A stretch of DNA of 58,534 nt from Psammoneis japonica. Its lineage: Eukaryota. How positions within the stretch are numbered: position 1 is the stretch's first letter; each line of letters begins with the position of its first letter. The notes below the pieces were generated by a model. It saw only the letters and a list, made by a program, of their open reading frames with translations. It was not told where the DNA came from and searched no databases. This document shows positions 1-12,252 of this stretch, in pieces. The position numbers were made by a program, and so were the translations under genes. The stretch is from assembly GCA_008632985.1 (NCBI GenBank), contig QPGO01000153.1, positions 124,001 through 182,534 of the forward strand. Reading direction: 5' to 3'.

Positions 1-16
1 AGGCTTTTTCGAGCAT

Positions 17-58
17 TCGTCGGTCTGTCGTCGGTCTGTCGTCGGTCTGTCGTCGGTC
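17..58 (+). repeat. Tandem 11-bp repeat (TCGTCGGTCTG, ~3.8 copies), probably subterminal to a transposon end
   Basis: Directly visible repeat; bases 1-197 contain no TpA but keep CpG, like the edges of the other transposon islands. Confidence 0.8.
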
Positions 59-362
59 ATTTTTGATGGCAAACTCAAACCAAAAGGAACCCGGAAGTGA
101 ACATTCACTGTCAGTGCGCGCGATTTGAATGCGCAAACACCAAAAACTGCTCGACTCGACTGTCGAAAGCACCATGACGACCCAAGCCGCTGCTTGTTAC
201 TAGGGCGTTTTACAAAACAGGGGTGTTTTACACATTTTGACAATCTGGGGTGAAAGTGGGGTCAGGGGCACCGCCCAATACGTGAGATTAATTCAGTGCG
301 CCCTATCGGAAAGCTTCATTTTACATGATACTTATGCATGCGCTTTTGTCACACTTTTACAG

Positions 363-1093
363 CGGCTCTCTATTTGGATAATAATGCCTTTAGCGGTTCC
401 ATTCCGTTTGAATGGTCCAGTCTTGTGTCTCTCAAGGATTTGCGCTTGAACCGAAACTACTTGACGGGAGAGTTGCCATCGACTCTGTTCAAGATGCCCC
501 GTTTGGAACTCATGTATTTGGGAAACAATATCTTTACGGGAACTGTCCCAGATTTGTTTTCTGGAACACCCCGCTTGCTGGAGGTCCAGCTGTACAAGAA
601 TGAGTTTACGGGCTCCGTGCCGGCTTCGTTGGGATCGTTGAGTCTGTTGCGTCTCTTGTATTTGGACACAAACGACTTTTCGGGAGAGCTCCCGGATACC
701 CTGGGTAACTTGGATGACTTGACGGCGCTTTATGCCTATGACAATTACTTGGAGGGCCAGTTACCCACGACGCTGGCCAAAATGAAGAATCTCAAGGACC
801 TGCGGGTCGACCAAAACTCGTTGACTGGAACGATTCATACAGAAATGAGTCAGTTGATCAATTTGGAGTATCTTCATTTACATAGTAACGAGCTGACAGG
901 TTCCGTGCCGGGCGAACTCCAGGAACTGGATCGCCTCAAGTCGTTCCGTTTTTATTGGAACCAATTTTCCGGCACGGTGCCGGATCAAGTCTGTGCTCTC
1001 AAGTCAAAGCATCAACTCGAGTTTATCGCTGCTGATTGCGATGAAACGGAAGGTAATATTGAATGCGAGTGCAGCAATGAGTGCTTTCCGTAA
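363..1093 (+). CDS. Leucine-rich-repeat protein, last exon only (5' part outside the window or disrupted)
   Basis: Plant-type LRR units (LxLxxNxF/LxGxxP) throughout; Cys-rich end ADC..IECECSNECF; acceptor ttttacAG at 361-362. Confidence 0.85.
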
Positions 1094-2306
1094 AGTTGAA
1101 TGGTTGAGATGCATTGTTGGTAGTTGGAAAAGTAGACGAAGTTAAAGTTACGAACTTACATATTGCAGCAAAATATTTGTCCTTGTGCAATCTATGGGAT
1201 GTTGTTCTTCTTGTGCCCGCAAATCGTGCACTTTCTGCACTAGCTTTTTGCGGTCTGCTTGAGCCCAGCAGGACTCCCGTCAATGCTCTTTACAAGCACC
1301 TTGAATTGATTCAGCATCTCGACAAATGACCGTAGTTGGTAGAAAAAGGAGAAAAAGTGCGTATCAGCAAAGCCTGATACCGCATAGATGGTGCTGTAAT
1401 TCCCACACCTCATCTTGGATGGACCGCCCAAATCGAGAGAAACTGTCGTTGACGCTTCGTTGGTGGAATTCGAGTTGCAGCTGTGCGCTCACAAAGGACT
1501 CAAGACAACTCGTTGCTGAGGATCAAACAATCATGCCGCCGGTGGATCTCCGTCGGTCGCATTGAGTCCGAACACTTTAGTCGAAATGATTGAAAACGTC
1601 TTGGACTCGGTGGATCATGTACTCCTCATCCCATCTGCAGCTGTGGCGGTCAACCCATAATTGGTGGACAGGACTACATTCCATGACGGACAAGATCAAA
1701 AAGATCCGAAAGCGGATTGTAGACCTAGACGAGGATACTGACTTTGAAGTTAGCCGTAAGAACAAGGCAACTAAGGATGCCATTGGCGCGTGTGCCGCTA
1801 CCAATCGCTTCATTGCCGGATCCGGTCTCTTGGCATGCGATGATACGGCACAAAGAGTAAAGGAGCTGCCTTACAAGGACAAGGCGTGAAGGTCGAAGAA
1901 AAAATGAAGCGGCACTAGCTAGAATGTTGTAACGACGCAATGCGCAACAGCATTCTATGTAAGCTCGTCGCACCATCTTGTTTTTGATCTCGTTTCCGCA
2001 CCGTACGGACGAATGTTCCATCTCAAACGGTCTTAAAGAGATGAAGATGCTTCCAACGAGGACAGCAGCAGTTTTTGAAGGCGTGCAGGTATACCACGAC
2101 GTCTCGCGTGATGAACTTTTTGTGCGTCGCGATAGCTATGATTTGTTTCGCGGAGAGCGTTCGCGCTGATCACCAAGTAGGTCAGATACACCATTTTGCA
2201 TTTCATGGACTCTTTTCCTCCGCCTCACCGATAGCGAAGAAGCCACGTCCTTCTCATCGGTCATTCTTCTATTCGAGATTTTGTCTAGCTTGACGAGTTG
2301 GACTTT

Positions 2307-4908
2307 TCACATTTGGCGAATGTTTTTGTTTGAAAATGCAGAAGGCTCGCCATTATGATCACGACGTGCTTCAGAAACACCAACTTGCTCTCCACCGCGT
2401 CTCTTCCTCAGACGCTCGGATTGCAACTTTTTCCACATTTCCACGACTTTGTCGCTTGCGACATAATTTGTTGGGCGGCTGCCGTTGTTGTTTAACAAGG
2501 TAGAATGCTCGCCAATGTGATCAAACAATGATACTTTTCGGTGATTCACGATGCCTTGAGATTGGAGGTACAGTTGCAATAGATAATCAATCGGAAGGAG
2601 AGTGTATCGCGTCGTGGCAAAACCAACGAATCCTTCGAGCAGCTGACGATGGATTACAAACGCCACATTACCCCACTCGTTCAGCGAGACAAACGGCTCG
2701 CCGAGCTCGATTATCTTATGAATAGCATGAATAACGAAACCATGTTTTTGTGCAAGCTTCGATATAACCGCATCGTCCTGAAGAAAGATAAACCAATCAG
2801 TGTTTGAGTGTTTGTTCAAACCATGCTGTGCTAGCTGGATAAAGTCGAGAGCCTCTTGAGTACGCCACTTCTTGCGGTCTCCGCTATCAAGTTCCGCTTC
2901 CTCGAACTGACTCGTATTCTTCTCCGGGACATCAAAGGTAAACGGTGGTTCGAGTGGATATCGTTTTGCATCCCGCTCAATCACGTTTACTTTGAAGTCC
3001 TTAAGGCCGTCTAGAAACTCAATGAGCAACTTATGCTCCCCGCCGCTAAAGTTGAGGACTTCGATGCTACTGGCGGGGACATTGGCCTGCTTCAGGGCTA
3101 GCAAGGTATCATTCGCGTAAAACGCACCATTAGTACGACACCCGGATGGGATCAGAAACGCAAAATCGTGTCTGGAATCGAATTCTTCGGTGTGGTTTGA
3201 TTCGTTTTCGCCGCTTTGCATCACACTCAAGCAATGTTTGTGATCGGCAGGGTGTCCAAAGCCCCCGTTTCCATATGGTGTCTTAAATTGACGCATGTGT
3301 GGGACACGTGGTCCAACAAAGGATTTGCCATGGAACTCAGGTAGCATTGTGGGTAGATCCATTTTAAGGTTCGGTGCGGGCAAACTGAGGTCATGCATGC
3401 CCTTTTCAACGCCAATGTGCCAGACTTGGGGAACAGTTGGACACAACACGCTAGATGGGAGCAACTGTAGGTCCATTAAATGGACCAAGCTCCAGTCCCA
3501 ATTGTAGTCATCAAATGTGCAGTATTCTTTTGCATTCCGGCGAATCTTCTTCCACATATCCCGAGTAAGAACCATTGGACCTGTTTTGAAGTTTCGTATG
3601 AACCACCCTTCTCTACCTTCCAGCGGAACGAATTCTCTGCCAAATGTCAAGCCAAAGAATCCCTTCTTATCTTGACGCGAAAATTTCTCATACAGGTTTA
3701 GGCCAGAGAGAATAGTTTCATAAATCGTTGGGGCTACCATGTAATCCTCCTCCATAAACATGAAAGCGTTGACGTCGACTCCCTTGAATTCCATATCAAA
3801 CACAGTCTTCATCATCCACGTGAAGTGATGCCGACAGCACGTAATACTCCCATTGCGCTTTTTGCCAAAGGCGTCTCCGGCATAGCCCTCATTCAGAGTC
3901 TCGTCATTCCCAGGAAATGAGTGAGGATGATCATAGCAGGAAAACGGATGAAAGATTTGTATCACTTTATCAAAGCGGGACTTTAAGCTTTCCACGTAGG
4001 AAATCATTTCAGGGACCTTGCCGTCGTGAGAGATAATGATTGGGACACGTTTCACGTCTACATCCGACGCCAACAAGCTTTCTACAGCAATTTTGAAGGA
4101 TTCGACACGCTTGTGAACCATGAATACAAAGGGAACAATAGGCTCTGAGGAATTTCTTGGTATGCTACTGTTTTTCTCGTGATCTTGAATTGATGGCAAG
4201 CCGTTTTTGACGTCTTGGGTCAGCTCATTCTGTGTAGTTGCTGACTTGTTATCAGCAGTTGCATCTCCATGGCTTTTATCTTTAAGATCTCTTTCTTTGG
4301 AATGGTTTGCGGGACCAGCATTACTCCTCGGATCTTCTGAACAAGAGAGAGAAACATAACTTTGTGAATTCAAACATAAGCAAAAGCGATGGAGACGTCA
4401 ATGGCTCATCTTTCATCTCGAGGTGATATACTTACCGCCATTACTTTTCCCTGCATGACGCATATTGTGAGTTATAACGTCACCATGCTCCGCCTTATCC
4501 ATGCTGTTCTTCTTTGATCCAGGTATGATCTTCTTTTCTTTTCTCTGTCGTCCACGTGTCGTCGCTGACTTGTTGTTGCTAGTTTTCCCTGCATCAAGGA
4601 GCTTTCTAGAAGCTTCAAAGTGCTCCTCTGGTCTCTCCTCGTTGACCTTTTCGGTTGTCTGCTTCGTTATGAGATTATTACTCTCTTTTATCGCCATGAT
4701 GACTGACTTCTCGAAACGCATCATTCTGTTGATCATTGGATTGGATCCGCAACGATGCCTCCTCTAGCACTTGAATACGTGAATGCATTGCCAGACTGTA
4801 ACCCATGCACAATACCAGTCCACTGACGCAAAACACATAAATGTACTCGACGTAAAAAACAAACCACGCACGGCGCTTCTCGCCATGGTTGTGTCTGCTT
4901 GACGTCAT
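2307..4908 (-). CDS. Type II membrane glycosyltransferase: GnT-II (MGAT2/GT16-like) domain followed by GnT-IV (MGAT4/GT54-like) domain
   Basis: N-terminal TM helix (from ATG 4908), one frameshift near 4700-4740, intron 4435-4337. MGAT2-like motifs IISHD, QIFHPFS, EEDY, YCTFDDYNWDWSL, GNGGFG. Second domain has WRTQEALDF, FLQDD, PIDYLL, SLFDHIGEHSTL. Confidence 0.8.
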
Positions 4909-5338
4909 GTTGTTGGACCTTGATGCAGCTTCCAAACAACTTTGTACTGCACGTTGGAACCGTGTTGTTGAAGGTCTAGCGACGACACCAAGTGCCCCAT
5001 CGTTCTCTCAGTAGTAATTAAAGCGCCCATCTTCTCGGGCAAGTTGTTTCCTTGTTGTTTCCCCGCGTAATTCGGGCTTAAAAATGGGGGGGCAGGAGTC
5101 CCCGCTTTTTTCCTTGGATCGTGCCTCCGTGCGTACAATATACGTGAATCAGAGTACGAGTATATACACTCAGGGCCCAAAATTGTACAGATACACGTCG
5201 TCCTACTACAATCTACTTACTTTCTACATACACACGCAGTGGGGGGGCCGTTGCGGGGCGGGAGCGGTCTCTTGTTGCGCGCGAAAAAGCGTCGGAAGGA
5301 CAGACAGGCAGTTGCTTTTGCGAAAAATTTAGTCTGTT

Positions 5339-5350
5339 GGTGACGTCACC
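5339..5350. promoter_or_regulatory. Palindromic GGTGACGTCACC (bZIP/CRE-type TGACGT box) between divergent glycosyltransferase and thioredoxin genes
   Basis: Perfect 12-bp palindrome; TGACGT is the known aureochrome/bZIP core. Function is inferred only. Confidence 0.3.
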
Positions 5351-5524
5351 ATGTCTGTCTCACGCACGAAAGAACAAAGGAAGCCAACAATCGCGCAAAA
5401 ACAGCAGGCATTCATGATCGCTGAAGAAGTTGCGTGTCAATGGCATTTTGATTTGTAACGAGAATACTGTGTAGCAAAAGACAATCGTTCACAAGCTGCA
5501 CATCATTGCCAATACAGTAGTACC

Positions 5525-6293
5525 ATGTATCCTCTTCTATCCATATCGCTGCTTTCTGTAATGTTGCTGTTTCACAATGTCTCATCTTTCTCAGTAACAA
5601 GTTCTGTTGCTGCGCATGCAAATTCTGAGAAAGCATCAACGGCTCTTTGTATGTGGGGACAAACCGAGCAGAGTAGCGTTCCCACTGTTGCTAAAATTAC
5701 AACCATTAAAAGCTTGGATGAGTACATGGATTTTCTGAAAGAGGATGATCGACTCTGTATTGTAAAGTGAGTGTGCTGTTTGTAAAATGAGAATCGATGA
5801 AACTCTTATGAGAAAGTAGTATGTATTTTGATTTGCTCATCATTACTCTGTTGCTCTCTCTATATATAGATTCCACGCAGCATGGTGCAAATCATGTCAA
5901 AAGTTTGGAGTCATGTTTCGTCAATTGGCCAAGGAGCAGGGTGATTTGATTTTGGAACGCGACGCGAAAAAGGCTCAGCCAAACATTTGCAGGCACGGCA
6001 AGGTGCGGTTTGCCGAGGTGGAATTTGGGGCAAATGTCAATCTCTGTCGCGCACTCGAGGTCAAGCGGCTTCCCACGGTGCACTTGTACAAGTCGCATTT
6101 TGGAAAATTAACGGGATTTGCGGCGGGACCCAAGAAATTTCAACTCGTGACCGATGCGGTGGAGCTGTACGTGGATTTGTCGGATTCTGAAATTGAGTTT
6201 GAAATGGAAATGGAGAAAGGATCCGAAATGGCAGACTCGATTGTTTCTAATGAAATGCGATCCTTGAAGAATGCAACGAGCAACAGTGCTTGA
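5525..6293 (+). CDS. Plastid-targeted thioredoxin-like protein (WCKSC)
   Basis: Signal peptide plus VSS-FSV presequence; intron 5767-5869 joins VK-FHAAWCKSCQK; LPT cis-Pro motif. Confidence 0.88.
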
Positions 6294-7023
6294 CTCTTCT
6301 AGATTGTCAGAAGAAGAGGACTAAGGATGACTTGCAAGCTGGTAACGGATACAGTAGAGATAGATGCCATGCTGTACTGTTTGAATTTTTCCATAGACTA
6401 CGCTTCTCGGGATACATAGCCTAGCTGCCACGGTCTTGAGCCACATGCACTGGTAACAGAAGTGGGTTTTGGTTGTCTATTGCAGCGCTAGCTTGTGAGA
6501 AGCGCTGTTCGGTAAAGTGACACTTGGAAGCAGCGCAGTAGCAGTACAGTGCATAACATCCCCCAAAAGCACACCAGAGCGGCCACGACTGTCTGTTGAC
6601 TCAACTGAAGAAAGAGTAGACTGAGTCGGCTCTAGAGGAGGGTGTGTAACTCTCTTGGAGTACATGCAGCGCTACCTTATTCAAAAGCGCCGCGCTCCGC
6701 ACGTTTCTAGGTGATAGTTTCAACGCCTCACAATCGCCAGAAGCACAGCGAAACAGAGGTAGCGCACAATATCACAGTCTCTTGACTCAACTAAAGAGGC
6801 TCCAGCGGACCGAGTCGTCTTGAGAATGTAAGTATTACCATGTTTCCCACATCTGGTCCCACCGTTCGACATTGGCATCATACAGTGACTCAAATAGTAC
6901 ACGCCAATGCTATCATACACCAGAAACAGATCCCGAAACATATCTTTGTTTCTCGGTGCCTTGCCTAAAAACTATAGTAATATTTGAGTAAGCCTAGTCT
7001 AGACAGCCTGGAAAGAATCTAGC

Positions 7024-8259
7024 TTACTCTGCAGCGTCCTTGCCTCTGTAGTTCTTGCACTCGTCCACGAGCCACCCAACAGCTTCTTCTGGTGTACCCT
7101 GCATAACTCCATGACCAAGATTCAAAAGATGCTTACCCGGTCCACCCGCTTTATCGATGCAATCCCGTACAGCTTGTTGGATCTGTTCCTTGGTACCAAA
7201 CAAAATGGTGGGATCAATGTTTCCGCTAATCGGCACATTGGGTCCCAACATTTGGCGTGCTTGAGCCATGTCGACACTCCAGTCCACGGCAATCATGTCC
7301 GCTCCCATGTCACGTTGAAGCTCCAAATACGATGATCCGCCATTGGCAAAGTAAATAACGGGAACGTCAGGATGCTTGTCCTTGATGATCTTGATGGCCT
7401 TTTGGGCAGCGGGTTTGGCATAGGCCTCAAAGTAGGCGGGAGACAATTGATGCGCCCAGCTTTCAAAGACTTGTACCACTTGTGCGCCGCATTCAATCTG
7501 ATGACAACCGTATTGGCCAATCATGTTGGCTAGTTTGTCCAGAAATTGAGACATGGCCATGTTGTTGCCATCCATGTCGGCCATGATTAGTTTCTTGGTT
7601 TCCAGACACGCCTTGGACGATTTGCCTTCAATCGTGTAGGCAGCCAGAGTAAAGGGAGCACCGACAAAACCAATCAAAGACGTGTTGGCTTCTTCGGCTT
7701 CCTTCGATAGGGTATTAAGAATCTTCTTGATAAAGGGAAGTTTGTCGTCAAAGTCAATGTTTTCATCCGACGTAAGGTTGGCAACATCCTCTTCTGTACG
7801 GATTTCTGTTGAGATTACCGGACCAATCCCCTTGACCACATCAAATTCAATTCCCAAGGTTGGAAGAGGCGTCAGAATATCAGAAAACATAATGATACCA
7901 TCCATACCGTACGCACGGTGGCACTGAAGACTTAGTTCGGTGGCCATTTCGGGTGTTTCCGATCTCTCCCGGAACGGGTACTTGTTGCTGTACTCACGAA
8001 AGGCAGCCATGTACCGACCAGCTTGACGCATCAACCAAACCGGTGTGCGTTCCACCTCTTCACCGCGAGCGGCACGAACCAAAATATCACGATCACCACT
8101 CGAAGCGGATGATGCACTGCTGCTGACCGCTGGTTCCTCCAACGTTGACGAGAACAAACGAGTGCTTGGCATGGAGTTTGGAGAAGCGACAAAGCTAAAG
8201 CCGTTTCCAAAAGTTGCAAAGCATGGTACTGCGACAAGTGATAGTGATGATACCCTCAT
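7024..8259 (-). CDS. hemE: Uroporphyrinogen decarboxylase, plastid-targeted
   Basis: PVWLMRQAGRY, FSDIL, GFVGAPFTLA, GNIDP, NLGHG motifs; bipartite presequence from ATG 8259. Confidence 0.96.
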   Translation of the reverse strand: MRVSSLSLVAVPCFATFGNGFSFVASPNSMPSTRLFSSTLEEPAVSSSASSASSGDRDILVRAARGEEVERTPVWLMRQAGRYMAAFREYSNKYPFRERSETPEMATELSLQCHRAYGMDGIIMFSDILTPLPTLGIEFDVVKGIGPVISTEIRTEEDVANLTSDENIDFDDKLPFIKKILNTLSKEAEEANTSLIGFVGAPFTLAAYTIEGKSSKACLETKKLIMADMDGNNMAMSQFLDKLANMIGQYGCHQIECGAQVVQVFESWAHQLSPAYFEAYAKPAAQKAIKIIKDKHPDVPVIYFANGGSSYLELQRDMGADMIAVDWSVDMAQARQMLGPNVPISGNIDPTILFGTKEQIQQAVRDCIDKAGGPGKHLLNLGHGVMQGTPEEAVGWLVDECKNYRGKDAAE

Positions 8260-8449
8260 GATTCCAACTGCAACAACCACACACAAGATCACGAAGTGTT
8301 GTCGTTCAACAAGGCGATCAACAATGAAGAGAAAATTGACCACTCAAAACTGACGATGGCCGATCCAAGTTGAACTTCAACATTTTTCGTAGTACATTTT
8401 CTACAGAGTATCAACGTAGCATCGGATGGGACCAGTCGACCTGTTCGAC

Positions 8450-9600
8450 TCAAATTCTTGCGCTCCCTCCACCTGGCACCGCTGTGCGCGGACATTGCAG
8501 CATGCGTGCACCGTGGCCACAACCATCGGAGCAACAAAATTTTTTAGGAACCATCCGCATCACCGGCACATGGGCACCACAACGTCTGCAATGTGCACTG
8601 TCTGTGTTCATTCTTTTCTGCAACCACAAAATGCCAAGCACTCTGTTTGTGTGCTGCTGCCTTCTTTCAAGCTCTGCTGTTTCGGGCAAAAGCAGCCAAC
8701 GAAAAGGCATGTGTTGGCGGTCATCTTGATTTTCTTGTTCATTTGGACTGTCTCTGCCAAAACCCAGGTGTGTTGCAATCTCTTGATGCAACACACCAGC
8801 ATCACCTGCATGTGTGCCCCAGCGCAGAAACTGTGCCACGCAAATCTTGCACATGCCCCCCTGGCGCGCAACATCTTTTTGTCATTGTTTTTGAAGCACC
8901 TTTTTTGTTCTTGTCACACTGCAACCATTGCAGCCTGCACAAGAATCTCACATCAGCAGGCTTCCTTGACAAATGCTCTGCATGCCTTGTTTGACAGGCT
9001 TGCTTTTGCTTGCCTCCTTTTCAGATTCTTTTCAATCTCCTCTAAAAGCAGCGCCGACAATGGCCCCATTCTAGAGAAAGTTGTTTTGATCATCAAGAAG
9101 CTAAAACTCAGATCTGGCAGCCTGCAGCCTCTGTGCCATCTGCTGCAGAGTGCTTGAGCCCAGCAGGAGCAGGATTTTGCTGGCCCCAACCCCAACCTCC
9201 AACCTCTGATGTGTGTTGTGTGTTGTTGCTCCACTGGCTGGGAGACACCATGTGGAAGCACCAGTGTGCTCAGAGCCATGAATGTGTTGTCGACATGGCA
9301 ACACCAGTGTTTTAGTTTGCAGTGCACTGCAATGTGAAAAAAAGCAAAGAAGAGGGTCCCAGCTGAGGCCGATGTGGGTGGGGCAGCAGGTCTCTCATCA
9401 CAAAGAACTCCCCTCCGCCATCCAGCAGGCTCACATGTGCACAAACCACCATCCACCATGAATGGAACACTCCTTGTGTGATCCTGTGTCAAAATTCTGC
9501 TTGTTGTTTCAGCCACATTTTCAACAAGTGATGCTCGTGTCTGTCAACAAAACCAACGATCCCCCGACGAGACCACACTGCATTTCGAGAGAGGCCTCCA
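8450..9600. mobile_element. Degenerate, hypermutated transposon relic between divergent hemE and aureochrome genes
   Basis: Abrupt loss of TAY/RTA and, internally, CpG; Tyr-free Cys/His-rich spurious ORFs; family not identifiable. Boundaries approximate. Confidence 0.6.
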
Positions 9601-9707
9601 TGGAGAACGGCCCATTTGGTCATCGGGACCCGAAGCTAAAACGCGCCGCTTTCCAGAGTATAATCATTAGAGTTACCGTATGTTTTGAATGATAAAGGAT
9701 TCTTTCG

Positions 9708-12061
9708 ATGACACGCCCATGTCTGAGTTTCTTCATTCTTTGTGTTCTTTGCGTTGCGAACACTGAAATTCCCAACACAAGAACGACCAAGTATCATTCG
9801 CGTGATATCGATGACACCATGGCTCATCAAGGCTGGCAACAGCCGCTGCTCCATCCAAGAGAGATGGATCAACATATGTCAAACAAACGCATGCTTGAGG
9901 AAGAAGAAAGTAGGATTGCCCATCAACAAGAACGCAATCGCCAGCACGCAAAACGTTCTCGTGAAAGAAAGAAGCAAGAAATGGCGCGATTACAGGAAGA
10001 AGCGAAGGAGCTCCGAAAAGAGAATGAGCTACTAAAGAAGGTCGTCAAGAAGTATATTCCAGATACGGATGCAAAGACAATTCTGGGAGAGTGCAGTGAC
10101 CTTCATCAGACTGACTACCAACTGATTGAAAGCTTGTCAAAGACTAAACAGAGTTTCGTCATCACGACCCTAGACTACCTGATAACCCTATTGTCTATGC
10201 TTCGGAAAAGTTTTTCAAGCTTACTGGTTATCCAAAAGATCAGACAATAGGAAGAAACTGTCGCTTTCTGCAGGGGCCGCAGACAGATCCCAATGCTGTT
10301 GAGGTTGTCCGAAACGCAATTAGCACAGGTGCTGACTGCACGACCGTCCTTGTCAATTACAAAGCCGACGGAACTCCCTTTGGAACCGTTTCTTTGTCGC
10401 AGCCCTGAGAGACTGGAACGGAAATATTACAAACTATGTTGGAGTGCAATCAAAGCAAGAAGGGCCAGATAGCGCAAGAAAAGCCAATGACAAGGAAGCC
10501 ATGTTGCGAAACGTTCCTCCGAAACCAATTGTTCAAACACCAGCAGCAGCATCCATGGTAGAAGAGAGAAGTAGAAAGAAAACTGAACTGGGTAAAGAAA
10601 AGGAAATTTTGACAGAAGTTGACTGGTCGATCCTGGCAGAAGTATTTGACGACCTTGCACAAGAGGATGATGATCTTATGAGCATCGAATCTGAGGGAAT
10701 GAGCCCCTTTCTTGCTCCTTCCCCACCCCCTCCATCCAGTAGTGCTGCACTGTTAAGTCAGCCTCTATCTCTTACTACGTTGCATCAACCTCCGCCGGTT
10801 ACATCAGGCTTCGATAAGACGGCTGTCGACCACTTTCTTGCGTTCCCTCTTGAAGTTACGGTCACAACAGCACGAAGCGACCTCATCGAATCCTTACTGA
10901 ATTCTGATGGAAATGTAAAGGACCAACGCTTTCTCTCGTCGCTCGCAGTGCTGTCGTCTCTTTACAAGTCTTTCGGACCCATTGCGTCCAGTACGATGCA
11001 TCACAATGGAGCTGTAACGGGGACATGGAGATGTATCTCTGTCAATCATTACGGCTCTTGTCTTGGAAGAAATTCAGATGGGGACTTTACGTACACCCTT
11101 GGGACAATGTCCTTTGATATGTTTAAACCAGGCCACTTGAAATGTAGTGTACAACGTACCCTGAGCCATATCGAGAGAGTATGTCGAATGGATGGGGCAC
11201 CATCGGCGGCTCCTTGGAGTTTACGACGAGAGCTTGCGGTATGGGATCAAACGGAGACTGACACCATCAACGATCCCGTTGCAAATCTGCATCAGCAAGC
11301 GCAGCAGTCAGCTACAATGCTCAAGTCGTACGAGTAAGCATTCGTTTTGTGTGATTTTTGTGTTTTTGTTTCACTTTCATCAGAAACTGACTTACGGATG
11401 AATATTGTCTCTCTTGTATAACCTTGTAGTATTGCTGTGGCGCTCACGATCGAACCGGATGACATTTCTCCTCAGCAAATCAACGGGCAATATCCTTTTA
11501 AATTACGTGCGCTCAACGTTACTCAGGGTTTCATGTTGCCCGATCCACAAAATCCAAATCGACTGACCGTGTGGTTTACAGGTGGCAAGCTGTCGCCGGT
11601 GCTTTCACAAGAACAGGGATTTGGTGGCCTCGACGAATGGAAGGCTGTATTCAGTGGAAAGCACAAGAGAACTTGGGGCGAGTCCTTTCGAGTCATGGGA
11701 GCCAAGTTAATGCTTGGTGCCGAATTGCCGGAAGGCATGGAAGCCGATGGGACAATGAGATATATGCTGCGTCGACCAATCGGAGGACACGGACGATCTT
11801 TTGTTGACGTAAGTAATGCGGAGATGCTTCAACTGTATTGTTGTGGACAAACCTCATCACTCTTTCTATCTTTGCGTGCTATCCTTTTTTCAGGTGCTCT
11901 ATCTTGACGACTATCTTCTTGTGTTGAAGAGTAGTAGCGGCGTTTATCATGTGATGGTACGAAGCACCGAGGTAGAGAGCAGGAGCAAGCCTTCTGCTGC
12001 TGGTTATACGGAAGTCAAGCCTGCATCTGTCTCTTCAATGGGAGTTGCGTACGGGAAATGA
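9708..12061 (+). CDS. Aureochrome-like bZIP-LOV photoreceptor with a long C-terminal extension
   Basis: bZIP ERNRQHAKRSRERKK; LOV DNPIVYAS..GRNCRFLQG..NYKADGTP(F)WN..YVGVQ after repairing 1-nt deletions at ~10166 and ~10380. Reads directly into ORF 10444-11337; introns 11334-11429 and 11809-11893. True start codon uncertain. Confidence 0.85.
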
Positions 12062-12252
12062 GAGGTGGCTTTACTTTGCGTTTGAAAGCAAGATTTTGTT
12101 TCCCCGAATCGACCATACGTAGAAAGAGTTGGCGAAAAATACACGCCACACTTGGTTCCTTTTGTAGATTAGATATTATGTACACACCAACGCATACTTC
12201 TGCTCTCCACTTCTCTAATGAGTGCTAGATTTACATCGTTTCTCACGGCTAC

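Noticed and set aside
17..58. CRISPR array or telomeric repeat
   Set aside because: Contiguous 11-bp units without spacers, no cas genes, eukaryotic context, and not a TTAGGG-type repeat.
1256..1273. 18-bp exact match TGCTTGAGCCCAGCAGGA to 9151-9168
   Set aside because: No similarity extends on either side; compatible with chance.
1326..2293. Short ORFs (e.g. 1590-1889) as a gene
   Set aside because: No recognisable motif or consistent exon structure; possibly a decayed fragment.
8953..9516. Harbinger/ISL2EU-type transposase in the small island
   Set aside because: Only a faint VDG..ERP..K resemblance; not enough to name a family.
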